From IMG/VR virus record IMGVR_UViG_2778261506_000002: a stretch of DNA of 18,236 nt. The stretch is one strand, 5' to 3'. Position 1 is the first letter of the stretch; each line of letters opens with the position of its first letter. The notes below the pieces were generated by a model, which saw only the letters and a list, made by a program, of their open reading frames with translations, ran no database searches and was not told where the DNA came from. Made by a program: the position numbers and the translations under genes. This stretch comes from a virus. Lineage: Duplodnaviria; Heunggongvirae; Uroviricota; Caudoviricetes. This document shows, one piece after another, positions 8,452 to 17,079 of the stretch.

Positions 8452-8470
8452 AAAAAAAGCCCTTACGGGC
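8452..8470 (-). terminator. Intrinsic terminator-like element after the capsid gene
   Basis: Minus strand reads GCCC-GTAA-GGGC followed by TTTTTTT, 25 nt after the capsid stop (8495). A second perfect 7-bp hairpin (CAGCCCC-5 nt loop-GGGGCTG, plus 8422..8440) lies between it and the next Shine-Dalgarno. Confidence 0.45.
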
Positions 8471-8494
8471 CATCAGAGTTGTTGTCTGCGACGT

Positions 8495-10453
8495 TTACGC
8501 CGTACATTTCACCAGACCGCGGTGATCAACTGGCGCGACACCGGCGTCAATACGCACTTTCGTTGTCACGCCATCCACACTGAAGCCCTCCATCTGATCA
8601 ATATATGGCGTATCCACACCGTTGAGATAAGCCACTTCAATCGTATCGGAGCCTTTTGACGCAGCCAGGTAGAAGGTGGTCTGGCTGTTATCATCAAGAC
8701 GAGGCTCTGCAATAACGGTCGCAAAATCTTTCACCGGGTTAATAATACCGGCGTTAATGTCAGCCCCCTTGACACTTGAGGAGCGAATGACCTGGTTAGC
8801 AACAGACTCCATCGCCGTCGGTACCAGTACGAACGCAGGACGAATATTCAGATGACGCTCCCCCTCTTTCTGAACGCGCATCAACTGGCGGGCTTTATCC
8901 AGCGATGCCACGTCCATTGCAGCGCTCTCCAGTACGTTTGCATGTTTCGCTTTATCGAACAGACTTACATTATCTGTGGAGATTTTCGGGTTAGACGTCA
9001 GAATGGCATAAACCAGATCGGCAATAGTGGATTTCGCCGCACGGCCCAGTTTCATCGGGACATCGGTCAGCATATTCAGATCATCATTGATAATGGCCTG
9101 ACGGGTGATACTGAACAGCTCGCCATAGGTCGCCAGTGCAATAGTGGCCTGTTTATCTCCGGTGGTGACGTATTTATATTCCGCCCCTTCACGCACCTGA
9201 CGCAGAGCACTGAAGCCCCCCATACCCACACGATGGGCAATTTTAAAATCAGACAACTGACCTTTCCGCGTCCACTGTTCATAGGTTTCAGGGGCATCTT
9301 CCCAGCCCTGCAGAATGGCTTTGTTCGCAACATCCAGCAGAATATTACCGAAGTCAGACGTACTGTGTGTGAACGCCGCACCGACCATCTGCATCGGGTT
9401 ATAACCGGAAACCCCAATACCCCGTTCAGTTAGTGACATACGGGCATATTCACGCAGGGTCATCCCGTTGTAGACATTATCACGTTCGGTTTTTTCAAAT
9501 CCGGCACGCGCCATCAGCGCCTGGCGGATCCCGTCCCCCACAAAATTACCGTTACCGGCATAAATATGAGCCGGGGTATTTTTATTGGATGGCGTGGACT
9601 CGCGCCCCATCTCGTTCAACAGCTTTTCACGGGCCTGCTCCAGCGAACATTCAGGATCGGCAAGACACTGGGCCTGCAGCATCTGATAACGCCCGCCAAA
9701 CATGGCAAACAGATCATTAATACCGTTTACACGCGCTTTTTGCTCTGCCAGTACCTGCGCACGGATACTGTTTTCATCCACCACGGGTGCTGCTGCCTGC
9801 ACTGGCGTCCGGGAGGCTGCAGGTTCATCATCCTGTACGCGTGGAGCACTGTTGCGTGGCGGAGTAATCATGTTTCGAATGGATTCCGGCATCTTTTTAA
9901 ATTCCTCTGTACGTTTTGACTGAATACATGCCATTGCCTTAACGGCTGGTGTCACCTGATCAGCAAATCCCTGTGCCAGACATTCGGCACCGGACATCCA
10001 GGTCTCATCCGCCAGCATGGCAGCAATTTCATCGGTGGTTTTCCCGGTTTTCTGTGCATAAGCGGGTAACAGAACCGCCTCAACTTTATCGAGCAGGTCG
10101 GCATAGGTGCGCATGTCCTCCGCATCACCGCCCGTAAAGCCAAATGGTTTATGAATCATCATGAAGGAGTTTTCCGGCATAATGACCGGGTTTCCCACCA
10201 TCGCAATGACCGACGCCATTGACGCCGCCACACCGTCGACATAAACGGTAATGGACGCACCATGTGTTTTCAGTGCATTAAAAATGGCGATGCCTTCAAA
10301 GACATCGCCACCCGGTGAATTAATATGGAGATTAATGTGGGTGATATCGCCCAGTGCATTCAGATCACTGATAAACTGCTTCGCTGTAACACCCCAGAAA
10401 CCAATCTCGTCATAAATATAAATATCCGCGTCACTCTGGTGACCTGCCTGCAT
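8495..10453 (-). CDS. Prohead protease / major capsid protein fusion (ClpP/S49-like protease N-terminal domain, HK97-fold capsid C-terminal domain)
   Basis: Track ORF 8495..10714 overlaps the portal 3' end; first ATG after the portal stop is 10453, about 652 aa. N-terminal IYIYDEIGFWG...INSPGGDVFEGIAIFNALK...VDGVAASMASVIAM looks like a ClpP-family serine protease. A Pro/Ala/Gln-rich linker follows, then a roughly 350-aa capsid-like domain. Confidence 0.8.
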   Translation of the reverse strand: MQAGHQSDADIYIYDEIGFWGVTAKQFISDLNALGDITHINLHINSPGGDVFEGIAIFNALKTHGASITVYVDGVAASMASVIAMVGNPVIMPENSFMMIHKPFGFTGGDAEDMRTYADLLDKVEAVLLPAYAQKTGKTTDEIAAMLADETWMSGAECLAQGFADQVTPAVKAMACIQSKRTEEFKKMPESIRNMITPPRNSAPRVQDDEPAASRTPVQAAAPVVDENSIRAQVLAEQKARVNGINDLFAMFGGRYQMLQAQCLADPECSLEQAREKLLNEMGRESTPSNKNTPAHIYAGNGNFVGDGIRQALMARAGFEKTERDNVYNGMTLREYARMSLTERGIGVSGYNPMQMVGAAFTHSTSDFGNILLDVANKAILQGWEDAPETYEQWTRKGQLSDFKIAHRVGMGGFSALRQVREGAEYKYVTTGDKQATIALATYGELFSITRQAIINDDLNMLTDVPMKLGRAAKSTIADLVYAILTSNPKISTDNVSLFDKAKHANVLESAAMDVASLDKARQLMRVQKEGERHLNIRPAFVLVPTAMESVANQVIRSSSVKGADINAGIINPVKDFATVIAEPRLDDNSQTTFYLAASKGSDTIEVAYLNGVDTPYIDQMEGFSVDGVTTKVRIDAGVAPVDHRGLVKCTA

Positions 10454-10466
10454 CCTGAACCAGGAA

Positions 10467-11975
10467 TTATTCTTCGGACTGGTCGTCGGTGTGCTGCGGC
10501 TCCTGTCGTTTCGTTGCGGCACTGCTGCCTCCTTTATCACTGGCCGGATCGGTATCAAATACCAGATCCAGCTTGCGGTTTTCATCAATTTCGGCCTTGC
10601 GCCGACGTTTGACATCATCCGGATTACGACCACCTGCACGTACCCAGTCTGATTCTGTCGCCGCTCCACCACGAATCTGAATTTTCCAGGCCTCAGCCTC
10701 CTTAACAGGGTCAATCCACGGCATCACCGGTCCGGAATACACCGCGGTATACAGTGAAGATCGGTCCAGATCGCGGGGTAGCCTGATAACACCGGATGCC
10801 ACAGCCTGTTTCAGCCAGGCACGGTACATCGGGCGGGTGACGGCACCAATAAACCAGTCCTGCAGGATCAGGTAGCCATCAGTAGATTCAACCAGCTCCT
10901 GACGCTGGGCGCTGTAAGTGCCGTTATAGTTGCGCGCTGTACTGGAAAAACTCAGACGACTGCCCGCAGCCACGGCACGCAACTGACCATTACGAAAAGT
11001 TTCAAGGTTAGGATTGGGGCGATCCGACTTCACCATTCCGATTTCTTCGCCGGGTTTCAGATCGTCGTAAATAATGCCTGGCTGAATGGTAAGCTCGCGT
11101 TCATTCTCCTTGCTGTCATTACCATCCGTTTCATAGCTCTGTCCGTCGCCTTTCCGGATGTACATCCCCAGAGCAGCGGCGATCCTTGCTGCAGTCAGCT
11201 CAGAATCTTCATACTCTTTCAGAGCACTGAGGCGGATCAGCACACCGGACAACAAAGACGTCCCGCGCATCTGGTGCAGACGGCGAACAAATTTAAGATG
11301 CAGCATTCGCTCTGCATCCACTTCTTTGGTTTCCATCTGCCGCCCGGATACGGGACGGCTTTTATACACCAGATATTTTTCGGGACGCCCCCAGTCATCA
11401 ACAAACACGCCCTGATTCAGCCTGTTGCTCTCATCACTGGTCATGGGAATAAAGTCCGGCTCGAGCGCCTCCAGCCAGAAATGAACACCGGCAGAAGGCG
11501 TCAAGCTGTTTATGCGCCCGGAAACCATCTGGGCAAACACCTCACCATCGCGCAGCCAGGTACGCAGCATCAGACGTTCCAGCATCGGACGGGTAAACTG
11601 CCCGGTGACTTCCGGACTGACAGACCATTCACTCCATCGGGTGCGTATCTCCGCTGCCAGATCACGGGCAATGGCCCCATTGCGTAATACCGGATGTGGC
11701 TCGACAATAATCCCGTTTTTCCCCACCACCCGTTCTTCCAGCTTGTCAAATACACCAATGACCAGATCGTGGTTGTTATCAAGGTAACGGGCCTGCTCAC
11801 GTAACGACACGGCCCCGTACTGGCTTAACTGGTCGGCAGTTCGGTTCTCCCGTCGGGCTTTGTGTGTCCGCGTCGTTTTTACGGCCTCATAAGCCTGAAT
11901 CACCGCACGGGAACGCAGCCTTGCCGCTTTCCATCCTGGTGAAAAAACGCCAATCACATCATCAAGAATTGCCAT
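10467..11975 (-). CDS. Portal protein (lambda gpB-like)
   Basis: Track ORF 10467..12047; ATG at 11975 forms an ATGA overlap with the gpW-like stop. About 502 aa, between gpW-like and the protease/capsid gene. Confidence 0.8.
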   Translation of the reverse strand: MAILDDVIGVFSPGWKAARLRSRAVIQAYEAVKTTRTHKARRENRTADQLSQYGAVSLREQARYLDNNHDLVIGVFDKLEERVVGKNGIIVEPHPVLRNGAIARDLAAEIRTRWSEWSVSPEVTGQFTRPMLERLMLRTWLRDGEVFAQMVSGRINSLTPSAGVHFWLEALEPDFIPMTSDESNRLNQGVFVDDWGRPEKYLVYKSRPVSGRQMETKEVDAERMLHLKFVRRLHQMRGTSLLSGVLIRLSALKEYEDSELTAARIAAALGMYIRKGDGQSYETDGNDSKENERELTIQPGIIYDDLKPGEEIGMVKSDRPNPNLETFRNGQLRAVAAGSRLSFSSTARNYNGTYSAQRQELVESTDGYLILQDWFIGAVTRPMYRAWLKQAVASGVIRLPRDLDRSSLYTAVYSGPVMPWIDPVKEAEAWKIQIRGGAATESDWVRAGGRNPDDVKRRRKAEIDENRKLDLVFDTDPASDKGGSSAATKRQEPQHTDDQSEE

Positions 11976-12187
11976 CAGAACCTCGCCAGCCGGTACCCGG
12001 GATGCCCCCGTCGTCGTGTAATCAGAGCCGCAAGGCGGCGCTCCCACTCCTGCCGTCCCTGCCGGATCTCAGATAAGTTTTCCATGGTCATCTGCTGACC
12101 ATTAAAAGTGACGGATTTTCCGTCCAGCACCGCCATTTCAGCTTCCGTATAACGCTGAATCATGGCTTCAATATCATTCTGATTCAT
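11975..12187 (-). CDS. Head-tail joining protein (lambda gpW-like)
   Basis: 70 aa from ATG 12187, which has GGAGG 6 nt upstream and a 4-nt overlap with the terminase stop. Size and position match lambda gpW (68 aa). Confidence 0.65.
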   Translation of the reverse strand: MNQNDIEAMIQRYTEAEMAVLDGKSVTFNGQQMTMENLSEIRQGRQEWERRLAALITRRRGHPGYRLARF

Positions 12188-14283
12188 AACCATCCTCCGG
12201 AAGTCAGCCAGGGGTTAACATCGTCAGTTACTGTTTTCTTCCGTTTTTGTTTTTTAACAGGCGTGGATACCGGCTCCGGTGAGGGTGACGGTTCGGTACT
12301 GTCCGGGACACACTCCAGCCAGGTTTCCCGGCTCGCCCACTCCGGTGCATCCGGCCAGCGGATCTTTTCGTATCCATGCAGAATGACCAGCGCCTCGGCA
12401 TACACCATCAGGTCAAAAGCTTCGTTGGCACCGCGACCCGGCTTACTCCATTTCCCGTCACTGCTCCGCTCTTCATACGTCAGTTCGTCGTAAAACCAGC
12501 TCCCCAGCCAGTCAGGGAAATACACATAGCCTGGACCTGGCGAGTCACGCCATAACGCGTTATTCACCCGGTCTTTCAGGGCATCCGTCTGAAGAAGCCA
12601 GAGCGGCACATCACCTGCGGCCTGCGCCCGGCGGCCCGTTCGTCCGGTGTTATCAGGGAATGTACGGCTGATCAGTTTTGCGCGCCGGATGCTGTCGCCC
12701 TTAAACAGGTAAATACGTTTACCAAGGCCATCACGACGGCAACGACGCCAGAATTTATAGGCATTATCAGTGACCCCGTCTTCACCGCCGGAATCCACCG
12801 CCATTGCCATCAGTCGCATTTGTTGAGAAGGATCGGAGGCCAGCGGCCAGCTTTTATGAAAAACATCCGTCAGCAGGACATCCCAGTCTTCCGGATAGCT
12901 GGCCGGATCAATTCGCTGGCTCTCCCCGTCGCAGTCACTGCGCAATGACTGCGTGATGTTGTAACGATCAATAATCCAGCGTTCGCCACGGCTGCCATAG
13001 CCCGTTACCTGAACCACAAAACGGCGATGACGTCCCGCCTGCACATCCACTGTCGCCACAAGGAAATTAACGCCATCCGGAACACTGCGGGAAGGAACTG
13101 GCTCTGCCCGCTGCTCAAGCAGTTCACTTTTTCGTTGCTCCATGCTGGCACGAGGAAGATAAGGCAATCCCCAGTCGGTGTTGATAACCGCCCTGAGTGT
13201 TTCTTCGCTTCCTGTCGCTTCATACTCCTGTTCTGCAGTCAGTAATTTGTAAACCAGTTGCGCCCAGGTCTGATACGCAGCAGCTGGCCCTTCCATCCAG
13301 AAACTGGCGATACGGGAGCGGCGCGGTTCACCGGAAACGTTGCCGTTACGATCAATGACCTGACCTTCACGTAACCAGACTCCTGCACTATTGAGCTCAC
13401 GCTTTTTCTCCGCAGTGATAATGCCGCTGCAGTGCGGGCAAAGTAGATACGCCGCCTCACTGGCTTTAAAGGGATCCGGTTCATTACGGTAGCCGGTCAT
13501 GGCATCCATAGCTGGCTGAAAATATTCACCGCAGTGCGGACATGGCCAGTACCAGCGGCGGCGGTCACCACGATTGTAAAGGGAAAGAATACCAGTCGTC
13601 GGTGGCGCTTCATGAGGCGACTTACGTCGCCATTTGCTGTCGCAGATGTCACGTCCCGGCGAGCTCTCCACCAGAGTCATCCCGGCGGACATAAATGTGG
13701 TGGTACGTTTTGAGGCCAGGGAGAAACCATCACCCTCGCTGTCGATATTCTCCGGAAAACGGTCGTAATCGGTTAAGGCGACAAACCGGTAATCCGACGA
13801 CGACATAATGTTGACCGAGGGCCAACCAATTTTAAGGAACGAGCCATCCCTGAACGTCTTATCATGGACATTATTGTCGTTACGACGTGGACTCATTCTT
13901 TTCTTTACCGCCGCACTGCTTCTGAACGTTCTGTCGAGGCGCTTTTTAGAATGCTCGCGGGCCTTATCTTCGGTCATCTGCACAACGAGCATGTCCGAAG
14001 GATCGCAAACGATGGTATAGACAATCCATCCATCGATCAGACCAATGGTCTTCCCTGTTCGCGCAGGACCAACAAAAATCACCGCATCGTATTCACGCGA
14101 TGCCAGGCAGTTCATGGGCTCAATGATGTAGGGTGTCAGTTCAGGATCCCATGGCACCGAGTTACCAGCCCCCTTGGGAACACGCATGAATTTTTTAACA
14201 GCCTCCGAAATCGGCATGCGACGTGGTGGGGAAAATCCTGCCGATATGTCCCTTCCCAAATTTCGGGCTGATGAAAAACCCAT
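12184..14283 (-). CDS. Terminase large subunit (lambda gpA family)
   Basis: 699 aa. Walker A-like VGPARTGKT near the N-terminus, a CPHCG...CPHC zinc-ribbon-like motif and acidic nuclease-type C-terminal half. GGAGG lies 4 nt before the ATG. Confidence 0.9.
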   Translation of the reverse strand: MGFSSARNLGRDISAGFSPPRRMPISEAVKKFMRVPKGAGNSVPWDPELTPYIIEPMNCLASREYDAVIFVGPARTGKTIGLIDGWIVYTIVCDPSDMLVVQMTEDKAREHSKKRLDRTFRSSAAVKKRMSPRRNDNNVHDKTFRDGSFLKIGWPSVNIMSSSDYRFVALTDYDRFPENIDSEGDGFSLASKRTTTFMSAGMTLVESSPGRDICDSKWRRKSPHEAPPTTGILSLYNRGDRRRWYWPCPHCGEYFQPAMDAMTGYRNEPDPFKASEAAYLLCPHCSGIITAEKKRELNSAGVWLREGQVIDRNGNVSGEPRRSRIASFWMEGPAAAYQTWAQLVYKLLTAEQEYEATGSEETLRAVINTDWGLPYLPRASMEQRKSELLEQRAEPVPSRSVPDGVNFLVATVDVQAGRHRRFVVQVTGYGSRGERWIIDRYNITQSLRSDCDGESQRIDPASYPEDWDVLLTDVFHKSWPLASDPSQQMRLMAMAVDSGGEDGVTDNAYKFWRRCRRDGLGKRIYLFKGDSIRRAKLISRTFPDNTGRTGRRAQAAGDVPLWLLQTDALKDRVNNALWRDSPGPGYVYFPDWLGSWFYDELTYEERSSDGKWSKPGRGANEAFDLMVYAEALVILHGYEKIRWPDAPEWASRETWLECVPDSTEPSPSPEPVSTPVKKQKRKKTVTDDVNPWLTSGGWL

Positions 14284-14291
14284 TATTCCTC

Positions 14292-14819
14292 CTAGAGACT
14301 CTCTCCTTCCTCATCAGGAATTAATTCAGCAGCACAAGCCTCGTAGGATTTTTCCTGAAGAGTGTATCGCAGGTCATCAATGGCCTGCTGTACAACGCCG
14401 ACGGCCTGAGGAGTCAGGGCGCAATCGCGTTCAAGAACATCCGGAATTGTCTCCAGAACCTGGACGACAGCCTTTCTCATGGACGAATAGACGATGACTA
14501 CTTCATCAACTGGGATGAGTTTTCGCTGCTCCTTTTCCAGCTTGATCCTTTCATTTTCAGACTGGTACCAGTCTTTTCTCTCTTTCGGCTCCATACGGGA
14601 TGGATCATGAACAGAGTCTGCTGCCTCATGCTTCACACTAAACAGGGCGGGCCCGACATGCTGCAGGGCGTAAACGGGGTTCCCCCTGACAGTCGCAGCC
14701 ACAGGAGTGTTGGCCGCGAGGAGCCGTTTTTTTACTGTGTCCCGGTGAAGCCCAAAGGCCTCGGCGATTTTAAAAACACTCCAGTAATAAGCATCACCGA
14801 TCCCGCTCACATTTGACAT
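14292..14819 (-). CDS. Terminase small subunit (N-terminal helix-turn-helix, Nu1-like role)
   Basis: Immediately upstream of the large subunit. N-terminal SVFKIAEAFGLHRDTVKKRL is HTH-like. ATG at 14819 has GGAG 6 nt upstream; the track start 14831 has none. About 175 aa. Confidence 0.7.
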   Translation of the reverse strand: MSNVSGIGDAYYWSVFKIAEAFGLHRDTVKKRLLAANTPVAATVRGNPVYALQHVGPALFSVKHEAADSVHDPSRMEPKERKDWYQSENERIKLEKEQRKLIPVDEVVIVYSSMRKAVVQVLETIPDVLERDCALTPQAVGVVQQAIDDLRYTLQEKSYEACAAELIPDEEGESL

Positions 14820-14835
14820 AAGCAACTCCATCTGG

Positions 14836-14921
14836 CAGGTGAAAATCAGGTTTATTTATATATTTCAATTAATTGCAAACTGGTCTAATGACAGGGAGAA
14901 AAAATATTGTACAGGTGAAAA
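14836..14921 (-). repeat. Candidate cosB: three direct copies of TTTTC(A/T)CC(C)TG between cosN and the small terminase start
   Basis: Plus-strand CAGGTGAAAA at 14836-14845 and 14912-14921, with a degenerate CAGGGAGAAAA at 14892-14902. Spacing from the putative cosN resembles lambda R-site placement. An IHF-like TAATTTATTGATA is at 14939-14951. Confidence 0.35.
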
Positions 14922-15002
14922 GAGAAATAACTTTTAATTATCAATAAATTACCAAACATGCTGCCGCCGCCATGGAAATGCAAAAACTAGTCTTTTTCCG
15001 CG

Positions 15003-15014
15003 ACGCTCCCGCCC
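15003..15014 (-). other. Candidate cosN, predicted 12-nt cohesive end 5'-GGGCGGGAGCGT
   Basis: Minus strand reads GCCACG|GGGCGGGAGCGT|CGCGGAAAAAGA. From memory, lambda's cos junction is ...GTTACG|GGGCGGCGACCT|CGCGGGTTTTCGC, with identical flanks and 8 of 12 matching core bases. It is a GC island in AT-rich DNA, 184 nt upstream of the small terminase ATG (lambda: 190). Confidence 0.45.
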
Positions 15015-15043
15015 CGTGGCAGGGGCCCCCACCGGGAGGACCC

Positions 15044-15067
15044 GACAGCCTGACAGCCTGACAGCCG
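15044..15067. repeat. Tandem 8-mer GACAGCCT x3 (third copy GACAGCCG)
   Basis: Perfect tandem array 30-64 bp on the genome-end side of the putative cosN. GCCTGACAG recurs at 15318-15326. Confidence 0.6.
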
Positions 15068-15202
15068 TGATGAGCATCTGATACAGCGCTTTACATAATG
15101 GCATAGGAATAATTCAGAAGGACATCACAGCATGCCCACACAAATTAGTGTGAGTGTCCTGTTTCTTCCTACGCACAGGACTGACGAGCATGAGGGGAAA
15201 AT

Positions 15203-15370
15203 ATGCGAACCATAAATGCCTCATCTTCAGCAATGCAACAGGCATCCGAACAGGACGATATTGTAAATTCACCTAATTACGAGGACATTGCAGTAGTTGA
15301 ATTGCAGCTCTGTATTAGCCTGACAGTGACAGAATGCGATATTGACTCTGTCACAGGTGAAATAGTTTGA
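15203..15370 (+). CDS. Hypothetical small acidic protein (55 aa); real status uncertain
   Basis: ATG at 15203 preceded by GAGGGG at 5 nt; TGA at 15368-15370. Below the track's size cutoff. An overlapping 28-codon frame from ATG 15189 also exists. Confidence 0.3.
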   Translation: MRTINASSSAMQQASEQDDIVNSPNYEDIAVVELQLCISLTVTECDIDSVTGEIV

Positions 15371-15390
15371 ATGATTAGCAGTTATGGTGC

Positions 15391-15597
15391 TCAGTCAACC
15401 ACCAGGGAATAATCCTTCGAATTCTTATCGTGCTTCACCAACGCTGCCTCAATTGCCCTGAATGCTTCCAGAGACACCTGATGTTCTATACATGCAATTA
15501 CAACATCCGGGTAACTCATAGAAATGGTGCTATTAAGCATATTTTTTACACGAATCAGATCCAACGAGAGTTCATCAGCAGATTGTTCTTTATTCAT
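15391..15597 (-). CDS. Hypothetical protein (68 aa)
   Basis: Track ORF with a true ATG at 15597 and GGAG 7 nt upstream. Low GC. No recognisable motif. Confidence 0.45.
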   Translation of the reverse strand: MNKEQSADELSLDLIRVKNMLNSTISMSYPDVVIACIEHQVSLEAFRAIEAALVKHDKNSKDYSLVVD

Positions 15598-15897
15598 TTT
15601 GTCGCTCCATGCGTTTGCTCGTCATCTAGCGGTTAAAATATTACTTCAAATCTTACTGCATAAAAGAGGAAAAGTATGAAAGTTTGAGTACATCGACCTT
15701 ACATACATCTGTCGGTTGCATATCCCTCCTGGATGCCAGCAAGGCTCAATTTTGTTACGCAATCAACACTATTCATCAAAAACAGGCTTAATATTTGACA
15801 TAAATCATCAACAAAACACAAAGAGGTCAGACCAGATTGAAACAATAAACACGATAATGCTAACTACGCGCCATCGTATCACATGGAAGGTTTACCA

Positions 15898-16308
15898 ATG
15901 GCTCAGGCTGCCATTTTTAAAGAAATATTCGATCAAGTGCGTAAAGATTTAAACTGTGAATTATTTTATTCTGAGCTAAAACGTCACAATGTCTCACTTT
16001 ATATTTACTATTTAGCCACAGATAATATTCACATTGTGTTAGAAAACGACAACATAGTGTTAGTAAAAGGACTCAAAAAGGTTGTAAATGTTAAATTCTC
16101 CAGAAACAAACATCTTATAGAGACCTCCTATAATAAGTTGAAATCAAAAGAAATCACATTTCAACAATACAGGGAAAATCTTGCTAAAGCAGGAGTTTTC
16201 CGATGGGTTACAAATATCCAGGAACACCAAAGATATTACTATGCCTTTGATAACTCATTACTATTTACTGAAAGCATCCAGAAAACTACACAGATCTTAC
16301 CACGCTAA
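15898..16308 (+). CDS. ydfO: DUF1398-family protein (YdfO/YbcV-like)
   Basis: Track ORF 15883..16308; second ATG at 15898 has GGAAGG 7 nt upstream, giving 136 aa (the size I recall for K-12 YdfO). It occupies the position ydfO has in the Qin prophage. A stem-loop follows at 16317-16345. Family and symbol are by size and synteny only. Confidence 0.5.
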   Translation: MAQAAIFKEIFDQVRKDLNCELFYSELKRHNVSLYIYYLATDNIHIVLENDNIVLVKGLKKVVNVKFSRNKHLIETSYNKLKSKEITFQQYRENLAKAGVFRWVTNIQEHQRYYYAFDNSLLFTESIQKTTQILPR

Positions 16309-16459
16309 ACCATAACGTCCGGCTTCTCTCACTCCTGAGCCGGACTGCATTGGTTTAATAAAAACCATCAACAATTGTGATTTAGATATTCGGAACCATT
16401 CAAATATAACAAAACCCCGTAAAAACGAGGTTTATGGATAAATTTTATTATTGAATACA

Positions 16460-16633
16460 TCAGATTAAATTAATCTTGACATCATAGCTTTCAAGACCCG
16501 TCATTTTTTCCCGTGCGGTAAACTGAATACTGGTAACTTCTTTCCCGGTCTTTTTCTTAAGTTCAATAATTTTTTTTGTTATATATTCAGAAATATCTGC
16601 TTCTGCTTTTGTTTTTAAGTTTTCAATATTCAT
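16460..16633 (-). CDS. gnsB: GnsA/GnsB-family small protein (57 aa)
   Basis: Manual translation MNIENLKTKAEADISEYITKKIIELKKKTGKEVTSIQFTAREKMTGLESYDVKINLI. The FTAREKMTGLESYDVKI core matches GnsA/GnsB as I remember them. Preceded by GAGGAA. Below the track cutoff. Paralog assignment is by Qin synteny only. Confidence 0.7.
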   Translation of the reverse strand: MNIENLKTKAEADISEYITKKIIELKKKTGKEVTSIQFTAREKMTGLESYDVKINLI

Positions 16634-16804
16634 CATTTCCTCTTTTAGTCTGTTATGACTTTCCAGTTACACAGTAAGTCGATTATATGGTGCAAACGTG
16701 TAAAAGATAAGATGAAACATCGCAATAATCAACATACGATAGTCTAAATTTTACACAAACAGACAAAGAGAATTTTCCTGAATTATCAATACAATAGCAT
16801 CAAA

Positions 16805-17035
16805 TCAACTCAAGAGCCTTATTGCTGCTTCCAGAATTTCTTCTGAAGTAACATGTCGATCCGCGGCTACATAAATGACTTTATGATCTCCGGTCAGAGA
16901 TGGAAACCCTGCGGCCATTACAGTAAGGTGTGTTTTTTCGCCATTTGGATATTCACGCATGATGGTGTTAACTCCAGTCATCGCTGGCACTACCACTGCT
17001 GGTTCAGAGTTAAAAAAAACTATGATTTTTTTCAT
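16805..17035 (-). CDS. Hypothetical protein (about 76 aa; start uncertain)
   Basis: Track ORF 16805..17077 starts at a TTG inside a terminator T-run. First ATG is 17035 (MKKIIVFFNSEPAVV...) with no clear Shine-Dalgarno. No recognisable domain. Confidence 0.35.
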   Translation of the reverse strand: MKKIIVFFNSEPAVVVPAMTGVNTIMREYPNGEKTHLTVMAAGFPSLTGDHKVIYVAADRHVTSEEILEAAIRLLS

Positions 17036-17079
17036 GATGTTACCGTAGTATGTGAGTATCCATCGAATAGATACCAAGC

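Noticed and set aside
15044-15067. Possible CRISPR array
   Set aside because: Only three 8-bp tandem units with no spacers; not a CRISPR repeat-spacer structure.
15430-15636. 68-aa plus-strand ORF antisense to the 15391..15597 gene
   Set aside because: It mirrors the minus-strand ORF, which has the proper ATG and Shine-Dalgarno; only one is likely real.
15716-15952. 78-aa plus-strand ORF overlapping the start of the ydfO-like gene
   Set aside because: It is out of frame with and overlaps the better-supported ydfO-like ORF, with no ribosome-binding site.
16317-16433. Stem-loops between the convergent ydfO-like and gnsB-like genes (16317-16345 and 16413-16433) as terminators
   Set aside because: Not listed as features: the first has a 13-nt loop and a weak U-tract, the second needs a G:U or mismatched pair. 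They are plausible but not convincing from sequence alone.
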